Source: an uncultured Fibrobacterota bacterium (lineage in GTDB: Bacteria > Fibrobacterota > Chitinivibrionia > Chitinivibrionales > FEN-1185). From it: a DNA stretch of 64,000 bases. Made by a program: the position numbers and the translations under genes. The notes below the pieces were generated by a model. The model was not told the DNA's origin. It saw only the letters and a program-made list of their open reading frames with translations, and did not search any database. The DNA lies in NCBI GenBank assembly GCA_963753345.1, contig CAVWBU010000041.1, positions 225,323 through 289,322 on the forward strand, in the 5' to 3' direction. Shown piece by piece: positions 1 to 9,947 of this stretch; position 1 is the first letter of the stretch, and each line of letters begins with the position of its first letter.

Positions 1-504
1 GCGCGCCGTGAGTTCCTTTTCGCCGTTGGGCTGTTCTTCCTCGTCGAAGGTGATGCCCGGCGAACGATGAAGCTGGCTCACGATAACGCGCTCGGCGCCG
101 TTGATGACGAACGTGCCGCGCTCGGTCATGAGCGGAATTTCTCCCACATACACTTCGTTTGAGATCTTTTCAACGAATTTCTTGACCTCGCCGTCCTGCT
201 CGTACACGAGCAGCGACATGTCGACCTTGAGAGGCGCGGCAAAGGTCATTCCTCGTTCCTTGCATTCCTTGATCGTGTATTTGGGAACTCCGAGTTTGTA
301 CCCGTCGAACTCCAGTGAGTAGTATCCCTTGACGTCGTTGACCGGAAAAAGACTCTGGAAGACGCCGCTCAGCCCCTCCTTTTTTCTCAACCGGGGAGGA
401 ACCTCGGCCTGCAGAAAGCCGCTGTACGACTTGGTCTGTATCTCCAGAAGATCCGGCAAGTCCATGACTCGTGGAATGCGGGAATAACTTCTACGTTCTA
501 CCAT
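1..504 (-). CDS. rpoB: RNA polymerase beta subunit, 5' part (runs off window)
   Basis: Manual translation MVERRSYSRIPRVMDLPDLLEIQTKSY...GTFVINGAERVIVSQLHRSPG; follows rplL. Confidence 0.97.
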   Translation of the reverse strand, partial: MVERRSYSRIPRVMDLPDLLEIQTKSYSGFLQAEVPPRLRKKEGLSGVFQSLFPVNDVKGYYSLEFDGYKLGVPKYTIKECKERGMTFAAPLKVDMSLLVYEQDGEVKKFVEKISNEVYVGEIPLMTERGTFVINGAERVIVSQLHRSPGITFDEEEQPNGEKELTAR

Positions 505-704
505 TCGGGTGTCCCCTCAGTTTTTGCGTTGAAGACATCAGCGCGCACAACACACCATATGATGAAAACGCGGAAAGAAATCCGCATTTCCAATAGCGAG
601 CACGAAACGCTCTTCTGAGCATTCCGTGCCCACGCTGAAAGGAAGAGATTGTTGTATGGATACGAACAACGGGTATCAGGATTCCTTGGGTGATGAGCGC
701 GTGC

Positions 705-1091
705 TCACTTGATTTCAACAACCGCGCCGTTTTCTTCCAACTGTTTCTTGATGCTTTCGGCCTCTGCCTTGGGAATGCCTTCCTTGACGGCCTTGGGAGC
801 GCCTTCAACAAGGTCCTTCGCCTCTTTGAGGCCGAGTCCGGTCACTGCGCGAACGACTTTGATCACTTGGATCTTCTTTGCGCCGCCCTCTTTGAGAACA
901 ACGGAAAATTCCGTCTGTTCCTCTGCGGGGGCCGCTGCCGCCGCGCCTGCCGCAGGTGCTGCGGCGGCCGCGACCGGTGCAGCGGCTTTTACGCCGAATT
1001 TGTCCTCGATGGCCTTGATCAGATCGCACAGCTCAAGAACAGTCTTGCCGCTGATTGCATCAACCAGTTCCTCATTTGTTAAAGTCGCCAC
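705..1091 (-). CDS. rplL: 50S ribosomal protein L7/L12
   Basis: Ala-rich hinge, [25 protein letters not shown]. Confidence 0.98.
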   Translation of the reverse strand: MATLTNEELVDAISGKTVLELCDLIKAIEDKFGVKAAAPVAAAAAPAAGAAAAAPAEEQTEFSVVLKEGGAKKIQVIKVVRAVTGLGLKEAKDLVEGAPKAVKEGIPKAEAESIKKQLEENGAVVEIK

Positions 1092-1143
1092 AGTAATACC
1101 TCCGTATCTGATAAGTTAAAGTTTTGGTTTTCAATGACACCCG

Positions 1144-1701
1144 TCAGGATGCCGGGGGTTCCGATTCCTTCTTCCGCCTTACGGCATCCAGCGTGCCGGC
1201 AAACGCGGTAAGCACGCCGTTCAGCGTACCGGCGAACTTTGCCATAGGGGCCTGCAGCACGCCGAGCAACTGCGACAGCAGCACATCCCGCGAAGGGATG
1301 TCCGCAAGCCGCGCCGTGTCTTTCCCGCTGAAGGTGGTGCCGTCGACATAGGCCACCTTCACCGGCAGCAGTTCAATGTTCTTAATGTCTTTGGCGCATT
1401 CTCTCTGGAAGTCCCTGATGATTTTTGCGGGCGCCATGCCTTCCTGATGAGCCACGACAACGCCGATCTGCCCCTTGAGGAAAGGCGTGAGGTCTTTTTT
1501 TCCGCACCGTTCGAACGCGATCCTGGCAAGGGTGTTCTTTACAACGATATATTTCATGCCCTTCTTGCGGATTTCGTTGCGCAGCTTGGTGATCCTCGCC
1601 ACATCGATCCTGTTGATGTCGGTGAGATAGATGCCCTTTGCGTCCTTGAATTCCTTTTCCAGGACTTCTATTGTTTTTGTCCGCTCGGTCCGAGTCTCCA
1701 T
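1144..1701 (-). CDS. rplJ: 50S ribosomal protein L10
   Basis: LRNEIR...VVKNTLARIA, LADIPSRDVLLSQLLG; lies between rplA and rplL. Confidence 0.96.
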   Translation of the reverse strand: METRTERTKTIEVLEKEFKDAKGIYLTDINRIDVARITKLRNEIRKKGMKYIVVKNTLARIAFERCGKKDLTPFLKGQIGVVVAHQEGMAPAKIIRDFQRECAKDIKNIELLPVKVAYVDGTTFSGKDTARLADIPSRDVLLSQLLGVLQAPMAKFAGTLNGVLTAFAGTLDAVRRKKESEPPAS

Positions 1702-1782
1702 TGATATGCAACTTTCTTAAAAGTGACGGTGTTCCCTATCCTATTATTATTTCCATCCGTTATAAAATCCGGAGCGCCCCGG

Positions 1783-2481
1783 TCACGCCTTTGCTTCCAC
1801 GACCGTGGCGAGCTTAACGCCCTGGCCCATGGTGCTTGTCAAAACCACTTTCTTGAGAAATTGTCCTTTTGCGGACGACGGCTTTGCCTTTGAAAGCGCT
1901 TCCAGAAAAGCCTTGACGTTCTCGTTCAGTTTTCCCGCTTCAAAGGAAAGTTTGCCGAGCGGCGCGTGCACGATGCCGCCCTTTTCGGCCCTGAATTCCA
2001 CTTTCCCCCGCTTGAGTTCCTTGATGGCCTTGCCGATGTCCATGGTGACGGTCCCCACCTTCGGGTTAGGCATGAGGCCCCGCGTTCCCAGGATCTTTCC
2101 GAGCTTTCCGACCACTTTCATCATGTCGGGAGTTGCGATGCATGCGTCAAACTCAAGCCATCCGCCGGTGATCTTCTCCGCCATATCTTCCGCGCCCACG
2201 TAATCGGCCCCGGCGGTCTTGGCCTCTTCGGCCTTCGCGCCCTGGGCGAATGCGAGAATGCGCACTGTTTTTCCGAGACCGTTGGGAAGTACCACGGCGC
2301 CACGGACATTCTGATCGCTCTTCTTCGGATCAATGCCGAGGTTGATAGCCACCTCGAGCGTTTCGTCGAATTTCGCGGCCTTGTTTGCCTTGAGAAAATC
2401 GATCGCTTCGGAAAGCGAGTATTCCTTTGTTTTGTCGATCTTGGCCCGCGAGGCCTTCCACTTCTTGCCGTGACGTTTCAT
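1783..2481 (-). CDS. rplA: 50S ribosomal protein L1
   Basis: [28 protein letters not shown]. Confidence 0.98.
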   Translation of the reverse strand: MKRHGKKWKASRAKIDKTKEYSLSEAIDFLKANKAAKFDETLEVAINLGIDPKKSDQNVRGAVVLPNGLGKTVRILAFAQGAKAEEAKTAGADYVGAEDMAEKITGGWLEFDACIATPDMMKVVGKLGKILGTRGLMPNPKVGTVTMDIGKAIKELKRGKVEFRAEKGGIVHAPLGKLSFEAGKLNENVKAFLEALSKAKPSSAKGQFLKKVVLTSTMGQGVKLATVVEAKA

Positions 2482-2510
2482 GTATCCGGTCTCCCTTTGT
2501 AAACTTGGCT

Positions 2511-2936
2511 TCAGTCGGCCACGTTGACGCCCATGCTGCGCGCCGTCCCGGCCACCGTCCGCATCGCCGCGTCGAGGCTTGCCGCATTGAGATCGGGCAT
2601 CTTGATTTCCGCGATCTTTTTCACCTGTGCCTTGTTGAGGGTCCCCACCTTGTCCTTGTTGGGAACGCCCGACCCTTTCTCCAGCCCCAACTCCTTGAGA
2701 ATGAGGACCGACACGGGAGGAGTCTTGGTGATGAACGTGAACGAACGGTCGGAATACACCGTGATGACGGCCGGAATGATCATTCCGTTGGCGTCCTTTG
2801 TTCTGGCGTTGAACGCCTTGCAGAACTCCATGATGTTGACACCATGCTGACCGAGCGCAGGCCCCACGGGCGGAGCGGGATTGGCCTGGCCGCCCGGGAT
2901 CTGCAGCTTTATGATTGCATTTACTTTCTTTGCCAA
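2511..2936 (-). CDS. rplK: 50S ribosomal protein L11
   Basis: [23 protein letters not shown]. Confidence 0.98.
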   Translation of the reverse strand: MAKKVNAIIKLQIPGGQANPAPPVGPALGQHGVNIMEFCKAFNARTKDANGMIIPAVITVYSDRSFTFITKTPPVSVLILKELGLEKGSGVPNKDKVGTLNKAQVKKIAEIKMPDLNAASLDAAMRTVAGTARSMGVNVAD

Positions 2937-3000
2937 AGGACGTACCCCTTTCGACGTTGATTCGCTATCGCTGCCGAATGCCCGCGGTTCTTAGTTTTGG

Positions 3001-3531
3001 TTAGCTGATCGGATTCACGTGCATGAAGTCGACCTCCACGGGCGTCGACCTTCCGAACACGCTCACCATAACCTTGATCTTTCCCTTTTCCGGATGAATC
3101 TCATCAACCACGCCGTCGAAGTCCTTAAAAGGACCTTCCTTGATCTTCACCGCATCGCCGATTTCGAACGGAACCTCAGAAATCTGCTGACGCGTGCTTT
3201 TCTCGGTCTGGCCGAGGATCCGGTTCACTTCCTCTTCGCGAAGCGGTTGCGGCTTCTTGCCGCCGACGAACCCGGTCACCCCGTTTATGTTGCGGATAAA
3301 ATGCGACGTTTCCTTGTTGAGTTCCATCTCCACGATAATGTAGCTCGGAAAAAATTTGCGCGTTGTCTTGATCTTCTTGCCGTTCTTGATATGCACGACA
3401 TCGTGCGTCGGCATGAGCACCTGACCGATCAGGTCTTTCATCTCGCCGGCCGCGATGAGGTCGGTTATGTATTCCTGCACCCTGGCTTCCTGACCCGAGT
3501 ACGTGTGGACGGCATACCAACGTTTTGCCAT
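3001..3531 (-). CDS. nusG: Transcription factor NusG
   Basis: WYAVHTYSGQE, KOW motif GPFKDFDG, VFGRSTPVE. Confidence 0.98.
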   Translation of the reverse strand: MAKRWYAVHTYSGQEARVQEYITDLIAAGEMKDLIGQVLMPTHDVVHIKNGKKIKTTRKFFPSYIIVEMELNKETSHFIRNINGVTGFVGGKKPQPLREEEVNRILGQTEKSTRQQISEVPFEIGDAVKIKEGPFKDFDGVVDEIHPEKGKIKVMVSVFGRSTPVEVDFMHVNPIS

Positions 3532-3552
3532 GCAGATTCCTTGAAACTGGTA

Positions 3553-3744
3553 CTAAAGATTTATCCTGAGCAAAAGACCCACAAACCGGTTGATCACCTG
3601 GTCGCACAGGTAAACGTACACTGCCATGAGGAGGCTGAGAACGATAACAAGCAGCGTGGCGCCGAACAGCTCGTTCCTGGTGGGCCAGCTCACCTTGAGC
3701 ATTTCCGCCCGGACGTCTTTGAGGTACTGAATGATTTTCTGCAT
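3553..3744 (-). CDS. secE: Preprotein translocase SecE
   Basis: EMLKVSWPTR plus one TM helix; upstream of nusG. Confidence 0.95.
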   Translation of the reverse strand: MQKIIQYLKDVRAEMLKVSWPTRNELFGATLLVIVLSLLMAVYVYLCDQVINRFVGLLLRINL

Positions 3745-3766
3745 TGCTGTTCTCAGTCTGTTGAAT

Positions 3767-3839
3767 CAGGTCTGGAGGGACTCGAACCCCCAACCAATGG
3801 TTTTGGAGACCACTACTCTACCAATTGAGCTACAGACCT
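3767..3839 (-). tRNA. tRNA-Trp (CCA)
   Basis: Cloverleaf AGGTCTGTAGCTCAATTGGTAGAG...CTCCAAA...GGTTCGAGTCC. Confidence 0.95.
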
Positions 3840-3973
3840 AATAGGGCCTCACTTCACGACCGAAATCCGACATACTCAAGACACCGTACTTTTCTGACGG
3901 GACACTCCCGGCCATTTTCGATTTCGCATTGATACTCGCACGCAGCAGGGAAACAAAGAGAGGCAATCGGTAC

Positions 3974-4126
3974 TCAACGCGCTTCTTTATGAGCCGTACG
4001 CTTCCGCTCGAACGGGCAGTATTTTTTTAATTCAAGTCGCTCCGAATGCTTGCGCTTGTTCTTGTACAGCGAATAATTGTGCCTTTTGCACGATGTGCAT
4101 TCCAACTGGATGATCTCTCTTGCCAT
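3974..4126 (-). CDS. rpmG: 50S ribosomal protein L33 (not in ORF track, 50 aa)
   Basis: Manual translation MAREIIQLECTSCKRHNYSLYKNKRKHSERLELKKYCPFERKRTAHKEAR; lies between tuf and tRNA-Trp. Confidence 0.95.
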   Translation of the reverse strand: MAREIIQLECTSCKRHNYSLYKNKRKHSERLELKKYCPFERKRTAHKEAR

Positions 4127-4208
4127 CTGTACCGCCGATACGTTGTGAACTTGTTACAAAAACGTTGCTGCACGGGTGTGCCGCAGGGCACACCCGGCCT
4201 TTTCTAGG

Positions 4209-5414
4209 TTACTCGATGATTTCCGCTACCACGCCGGACCCGACCGTCCTGCCGCCCTCGCGGACGGCAAATTTGAGTCCCTTTTCCATGGCGATCGGCG
4301 CAATGAGTTCCACCTCAAGCGTTGCGTTGTCGCCGGGCATGAGCATTTCCACACCCTGGGCAAGCGAAAGGTTTCCGGTCACGTCGGTGGTGCGGAAATA
4401 GAACTGCGGCCGATACCCGGTGAAAAACGGTGTGTGGCGTCCGCCTTCCTCTTTGGAAAGAACGTACACCTGCGCCTTGAATTTCTTGTGCGGCGTAATC
4501 GAGCCCGGCTTTGCAAGCACCATGCCGCGCACGATATCGTCCTTTTCCACGCCGCGCAACAGACAGCCGATGTTGTCGCCGGCTTCGGCGCGGTCGAGCA
4601 GCTTGCGGAACATTTCCACGCCCGTCACGACCACTTTGCGAGTGTCCTTGATTCCCACGATTTCCACTTCGTCCCCGACCTTCACGGTGCCGCGTTCCAC
4701 CCTGCCCGTGCCCACCGTGCCGCGGCCGGTGATGGAGAACACGTCCTCGATGGGCATGAGGAAGGGCTTGTCGGTCTCGCGCTTCGGCGTCGGAATATAT
4801 TTGTCCACGGCCTCCAAAAGATCGAGGATGGGCTTTGTCTTTGAGGCATCTTCGGGATTCTGGAGCGCGGCCATGGCGCTTCCGCGGATGATGGGAATCG
4901 TGTCGCCCGGGAATTCGTACTTGGTGAGGAGTTCGCGAACTTCGAGCTCAACGAGCTCGAGAAGTTCCGGATCGTCAACCACGTCGACCTTGTTGAGGAA
5001 CACCACGATGTAGGGAACGCCCACCTGACGAGCAAGGAGAATGTGCTCGCGCGTCTGGGGCATGGGGCCGTCGGCCGCGCTCACCACGAGGATGGCGCCG
5101 TCCATCTGGGCCGCGCCCGTGATCATGTTCTTCACATAGTCTGCGTGGCCGGGGCAGTCGACATGAGCGTAGTGACGGTTCTCGGTCTCGTACTCCACAT
5201 GCGACGTCGCAATGGTGAGGATTTTTGTTTCGTCGCGGCGTCCCTGGGATTCCGACGCCTTGGCAACTTCGTCGTACGAAACGTATTTCGCCAGACCCTT
5301 GGCGGACATCACGCGCGTAATCGCGGCCGTCAATGTGGTTTTACCATGGTCCACGTGGCCGATGGTTCCGACGTTCACGTGCGGCTTTGTGCGTGAAAAC
5401 TTTTCCTTTGCCAT
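4209..5414 (-). CDS. tuf: Elongation factor Tu
   Basis: [25 protein letters not shown]. Confidence 0.99.
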   Translation of the reverse strand: MAKEKFSRTKPHVNVGTIGHVDHGKTTLTAAITRVMSAKGLAKYVSYDEVAKASESQGRRDETKILTIATSHVEYETENRHYAHVDCPGHADYVKNMITGAAQMDGAILVVSAADGPMPQTREHILLARQVGVPYIVVFLNKVDVVDDPELLELVELEVRELLTKYEFPGDTIPIIRGSAMAALQNPEDASKTKPILDLLEAVDKYIPTPKRETDKPFLMPIEDVFSITGRGTVGTGRVERGTVKVGDEVEIVGIKDTRKVVVTGVEMFRKLLDRAEAGDNIGCLLRGVEKDDIVRGMVLAKPGSITPHKKFKAQVYVLSKEEGGRHTPFFTGYRPQFYFRTTDVTGNLSLAQGVEMLMPGDNATLEVELIAPIAMEKGLKFAVREGGRTVGSGVVAEIIE

Positions 5415-5482
5415 TGAAGCTCCCCTTGATATTGTGAAAAGAACAGGTTGTTGGTTTTATCCAGACTCGTTCGTTTCCGAAA

Positions 5483-5556
5483 AGCCCACGACCGGGGTCG
5501 AACCGGTGAACCTCATCCTTACCAAGGATGTGCTCTACCAACTGAGCTACATGGGC
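5483..5556 (-). tRNA. tRNA-Thr (GGT)
   Basis: GCCCATGTAGCTCAGTTGGTAGAGC...TTGGTAA...GGTTCGACCCC. Confidence 0.94.
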
Positions 5557-5569
5557 GACAAATTCCAAG

Positions 5570-5642
5570 AGCGGGCAATGAGACTCGAACTCACAACAGC
5601 CACCTTGGAAGGGTGGAGCTCTACCAATTGAGCTATGCCCGC
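5570..5642 (-). tRNA. tRNA-Gly (TCC)
   Basis: GCGGGCATAGCTCAATTGGTAGAGC...CTTCCAA...AGTTCGAGTCT. Confidence 0.94.
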
Positions 5643-5652
5643 TTGAGGAAAT

Positions 5653-5735
5653 TGGGTAGGGATGGTTTCGAACCACCGCAGGCGTCAGCCAATGGATTTA
5701 CAGTCCATCCCCTTTAACCACTCGGGCACCTACCC
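5653..5735 (-). tRNA. tRNA-Tyr (GTA)
   Basis: GGGTAGGTGCCCGAGTGGTTAAAGG...CTGTAAA, long variable arm; Thr-Tyr-Gly-Thr-tuf cluster. Confidence 0.94.
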
Positions 5736-5768
5736 AGTATCTTGCTAAATCGTAATACCGCTCTCGAA

Positions 5769-5844
5769 TGGAGCCGATGGAGGGACTCAAACCCCCGACC
5801 ATCCGATTACAAGTCGGATGCTCTATCAGCTGAGCTACATCGGC
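5769..5844 (-). tRNA. tRNA-Thr (TGT)
   Basis: GCCGATGTAGCTCAGCTGATAGAGC...CTTGTAA; encoded CCA; T-loop reads TTTGA. Confidence 0.9.
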
Positions 5845-5902
5845 GTTTTGGCGCAAAAAAGTTTTCTAAATATACTATATGTTGATAATCAAAGCCAAAG
5901 GA

Positions 5903-6493
5903 TTATAGTTTTTTTACGATCGTATCGATAAGGCCGTATTTGACCGCTTCTTCGGACGACATGAAGTAGTCCCTGTCGGTGTCTTCTTCGATCTTCTTGA
6001 GGGGCTGGCCTGAGTGGTCGGCAAGGATCTGGTTGAGCTGATCGCGCACCTTGAGCATCTCCTCGGCCTGGATCTTGATCTCCGAGGCAGGGCCGAAGAA
6101 ATTGCCCGCGATGAGAGGCTGATGGATCATGATCCTCGCGTTCTCCCAGCTCTGGCGCTTTCCTTTTGCGCCCGCGCACAGCACCACCGCTCCCATGCTC
6201 GCCGCCAGGCCCATGCACACCGTTCTGATATCGGACTTGGCATACTGCATGACGTCGTAGATTGCGAGCCCGGAGCTTATCATGCCGCCCGGGCTGTTGA
6301 TGAACAGTGTGATGTCCTCGCTGTTCTGGCCGTCGAAGTAGATGATCTTCTGGACCACCGACGCCGCAGACTCGTCGTTGATTTCTCCCCACAGAAAGAT
6401 CTCCCGGCGTTTGAGCATCTGCTCTTCGATGTCGCTGCCGACCACCATTTTCCTGAGTTCATCGGCCAGGGAATTTACTTTTGCATTCATCAT
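5903..6493 (-). CDS. clpP: Clp protease proteolytic subunit
   Basis: INSPGG, GLAASMG, RIMIHQP, DTDRDYFMS. Confidence 0.96.
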   Translation of the reverse strand: MMNAKVNSLADELRKMVVGSDIEEQMLKRREIFLWGEINDESAASVVQKIIYFDGQNSEDITLFINSPGGMISSGLAIYDVMQYAKSDIRTVCMGLAASMGAVVLCAGAKGKRQSWENARIMIHQPLIAGNFFGPASEIKIQAEEMLKVRDQLNQILADHSGQPLKKIEEDTDRDYFMSSEEAVKYGLIDTIVKKL

Positions 6494-6517
6494 GGTTGAT
6501 CTCCTGTTTCGAACCTT

Positions 6518-7999
6518 TTATGAGTGAGCGCCGATCCGGCATTCCGCAACGCCGCCCGGCAGGTCTTTTATCGCCACGCCCATGCCCAACAATTCCTTGC
6601 GGATGGAATCCGCTTTGTCAAAGGTCTTATTCTTCCGGGCCTCCGTGCGCTGCGCCATGAGCGCAGCGATCTGCTCCACGAGCGACTCCTGCGGCGCCGT
6701 CTGCGAAACGATCCTCAGCCGCACGCCGTTCTTTTCGATTTCGGAAACGGCCTCCTGCGTACGGTCGTCCTTGAGCAGATCGAGGCCGAGCACGGCATCG
6801 GCGCGCTCGACCGCACTGTATTTCTCCTCGGCGCCGACGGCAGGGTCTTTCAGCAGCGTCCACAGGTGCGCGCAGGCGACCGGTATGTTCATGTCGTCGC
6901 AAAGCGCGTCGTAGAAGGGCGCGAGAATCCGGTCCAGCGCCTCGCTGGACACGGCATCAGCCGACGGTGGCTTCCTGGTTTCGGCAAAAATCAGTTTCTT
7001 CAGGTTCGCAAGGCCATGTCCGGCGGCCTTGAGCCCTTCCCACGAGAACATGAGGGGGCTACGGTAATGCGCAGAATAGCAGAACATCCGGTACGCAAGC
7101 GGCGATATCCCGGCTTCCTTGACAGAGTCCAATGTGAGAAAATCGCCGGAAGACTTTGCCATTTTTCCCTTGTCGAGCACCAGGAATTCACCGTGCAGCC
7201 AGTATCGCACGAATGGGTTTCCCGTGGCTGCTTCAGCCTGCGCAATTTCGTTGGTGTGGTGCACGCGCACGTGGTCCTGGCCGCCGCAGTGGATGTCGAG
7301 CGGCTGCGGGCAATAGGCAAGCGACATGGCGCTGCACTCGATGTGCCAGCCCGGAAACCCCTTTCCCCACGGGCTGTCCCATTCCATCTGCCGCTGTTTG
7401 TCTTTGGGTGAAAACTTCCACAGCGCGAAATCGGTCGGGCTCTTCTTTTCTCCCATGTCAACCCGGCTGCCCGCTTGCAAATTCTCGATGTCGAGTCTTG
7501 CGAAATCGGCGTAGGCAGGGAATTTGGCGGTGTCGAAATAAATGCCGTCGCCCGTCCTGTAAGTAAACCTCTTCTTCTCGAGCGCCTTCACCATTGCTAT
7601 CATCTGGGCGATGTGGTCGGTTGCCTTGGGCCAGAGATCGGGATCGAGGATATTGAGGTCTTTGATGTTCTGTTTGAAGACTTTTGTGTAGTGGTCGGCG
7701 ATCTCCCAGACGGTTTTCCCCTCCCGGGTCGCCCCTTTTTCCATTTTATCTTCGCCTGAATCTGCGTCGGAAGTGAGATGCCCCACGTCGGTGATGTTGA
7801 CAATATGCTTTACCTTGTACCCGAGCGCAATCAGCAGCCGTTTGAGCACGTCCTCAAAAATATAGGTGCGGAGGTTGCCGATGTGTGCGTAATTGTACAC
7901 CGTGGGGCCGCAGCAGTACATGCAGACAGGGTCGTGCAGCGGCACGAACTCCTCTTTGGTGCGCGAGGCGGTGTTGTATAGAAAAAGTCTGGGCTGCAT
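6518..7999 (-). CDS. cysS: Cysteine-tRNA ligase
   Basis: [25 protein letters not shown]. Confidence 0.97.
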   Translation of the reverse strand: MQPRLFLYNTASRTKEEFVPLHDPVCMYCCGPTVYNYAHIGNLRTYIFEDVLKRLLIALGYKVKHIVNITDVGHLTSDADSGEDKMEKGATREGKTVWEIADHYTKVFKQNIKDLNILDPDLWPKATDHIAQMIAMVKALEKKRFTYRTGDGIYFDTAKFPAYADFARLDIENLQAGSRVDMGEKKSPTDFALWKFSPKDKQRQMEWDSPWGKGFPGWHIECSAMSLAYCPQPLDIHCGGQDHVRVHHTNEIAQAEAATGNPFVRYWLHGEFLVLDKGKMAKSSGDFLTLDSVKEAGISPLAYRMFCYSAHYRSPLMFSWEGLKAAGHGLANLKKLIFAETRKPPSADAVSSEALDRILAPFYDALCDDMNIPVACAHLWTLLKDPAVGAEEKYSAVERADAVLGLDLLKDDRTQEAVSEIEKNGVRLRIVSQTAPQESLVEQIAALMAQRTEARKNKTFDKADSIRKELLGMGVAIKDLPGGVAECRIGAHS

Positions 8000-8132
8000 A
8001 ATTTCCTGTTAGGAAGTTAAAAGTTGAATGTTGGATGTTGAAAGCTGGACCAGCAGAACATTCCCATATTCCGATCCGCCATCCGCGCCATGTTCCTTCC
8101 TGCTTTCAACTTTCAACTTTTAACTTGCAACT

Positions 8133-9173
8133 TTAAAACGTAAGCTTCACTTTTCCATTTCCCGCTACGACAGTTCCCACTACTCTGGGTTCGAATTTCG
8201 AAATCTCTTTTGCCCGTAAAACCTTGTCCGCGTCGGCAGGCCTTACCGCAAGCACCATTCCGATGCCCATGTTGAACGTCCGGTACATCTCGTGATTTTC
8301 CACGCCGCCCTGTTTCTGCATCCACGTGAAAATCGCGTCGGGCGTCCATGTCCTGCAATCGATCGCGGCATCGCAGGATGTCGGCAGAATACGGTCGACG
8401 TTGTCGGTGAATCCGCCTCCGGTGATATGCGCGCACCCGCGAATGAGGCCGCGTCTCATAAGCGAAAGCACCGGGGAATACGGCCGGTGCGGCCGCAGGA
8501 GCTCTTCGCCGAACGTGCGGCCCGTTTCCGCGAACACGTCGAAATACGATTTCTTCGCGACGTCCTTGACGATTTTCCGCGCAAGGCTGTAGCCGTTGGT
8601 GTGCAGGCCGTTGGACGTGAGCCCGATAAGCACATCGTCTCTCTTTATTTTGCTCCCGTCAATCACGTCCTTTTCGTCAACAACACCCACGATGGTTCCC
8701 GCGATGTCGTAATCGCCCGCCTGATACATGCCCGGCATTTCGGCCGTTTCCCCGCCGATGAGCACGCAGCCGGCGGCCCGGCAGGCTTTGGTGAGGCCCG
8801 AAAGCACCTTGACAAACACGTCAGGCTCGAGTTTCCCCGTGGCGATGTAGTCGAGAAAGTACAGCGGCTTTGCGCCGAGAACGAGGATGTCGTTGATGCA
8901 GTGGTTGACAATGTCCATGCCCACGGTGTGGTGGATGCCGGTCTCGGCCGCGACCTTGAGCTTGGTCCCGACCCCGTCAACCGAGGACACAAGAATGGGC
9001 CGCTTGTAGCTTTTGAGCGACGCGATGGAAAACATTCCGCCGAAGTGGCCGAATTTGCCCACCACGTTCTTGTTGAACGTTGATTCGACAAGCTTTCCGA
9101 TGCGCTTTCGCGCGGCGTTCCACACGGGAATGTTGACGCCCGCATCGGCATAACTGAGGGACGTGGATGCCAT
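8133..9173 (-). CDS. purM: Phosphoribosylformylglycinamidine cyclo-ligase
   Basis: DGVGTK, GGETAEMP, HTNGYSL, HITGGG, TFNMGIG. Confidence 0.97.
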   Translation of the reverse strand: MASTSLSYADAGVNIPVWNAARKRIGKLVESTFNKNVVGKFGHFGGMFSIASLKSYKRPILVSSVDGVGTKLKVAAETGIHHTVGMDIVNHCINDILVLGAKPLYFLDYIATGKLEPDVFVKVLSGLTKACRAAGCVLIGGETAEMPGMYQAGDYDIAGTIVGVVDEKDVIDGSKIKRDDVLIGLTSNGLHTNGYSLARKIVKDVAKKSYFDVFAETGRTFGEELLRPHRPYSPVLSLMRRGLIRGCAHITGGGFTDNVDRILPTSCDAAIDCRTWTPDAIFTWMQKQGGVENHEMYRTFNMGIGMVLAVRPADADKVLRAKEISKFEPRVVGTVVAGNGKVKLTF

Positions 9174-9439
9174 AGTAGGTTCTCTGGTCTGGAAAATTGT
9201 TGGACAAAGGCCTGGCTTCCGCCTTTGTGATTCGACCGCATATTTGCAGGGGGCAAAACGAAAAAAAACTTAAGACAGCGTTATCCCCGGATTTACGGGC
9301 CGCCCCACCGGGGGTCATCGCAAGGCGCTATAAAATAGGTCTGGCAGCAAACGAAGTCAACCGCCTGGTGCAGTTGGCGCAAACTCGGCGGGGTCAGGAA
9401 TCGGCCGTGCGGAAGACAGGCGCGGAACGCGAGCGCGCT

Positions 9440-9784
9440 TCACTGCGCGCGCGTGTAATACACCGTTACGCCTTCTTCAATACTCTGCGCGCCCATCCTC
9501 ACCTTGAAAATGGCAGCATACGAATTTGGATTGTCGGGAATAGGGATATGTCCCCCGAAATGGCCCGTGTCGTCAACCGTGAAAAGAATGCCGGTGTCCG
9601 CTTCGGTCTCAGAAACATGTACTACGGCGCCCACGGTGGTGAGTCCTTCGATGGGGATGGACGTCGTGTGAACGGTGTCGCCGTCGCGCGGCTGCAGAAT
9701 TGTCAGGAAAAGCCTAGAACCATTGTTGGGAGCGCAGGTCATCAGAACCGCAAAAAGAGCAAGTGCACATTTTCTCATATTCAT
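9440..9784 (-). CDS. Small exported or lipoprotein, possibly Ig-like
   Basis: Signal-like N-terminus ending LMTC; ILQPRDGDTV beta-rich segment. Confidence 0.6.
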   Translation of the reverse strand: MNMRKCALALFAVLMTCAPNNGSRLFLTILQPRDGDTVHTTSIPIEGLTTVGAVVHVSETEADTGILFTVDDTGHFGGHIPIPDNPNSYAAIFKVRMGAQSIEEGVTVYYTRAQ

Positions 9785-9947
9785 GCTCTGTCTCCTTTGG
9801 TGATAAACCGGCCGTGTGATTTACTGGAAAGATATACTACCCGCGGCGGGAAATCAAGAAACGATGATGTCCGGTGACTGGGTTGCAGGACAATGCAATT
9901 TGTCAATAATCCCCGCGCTGTCAATCCGCGGTAAGAAATCCGAAATC

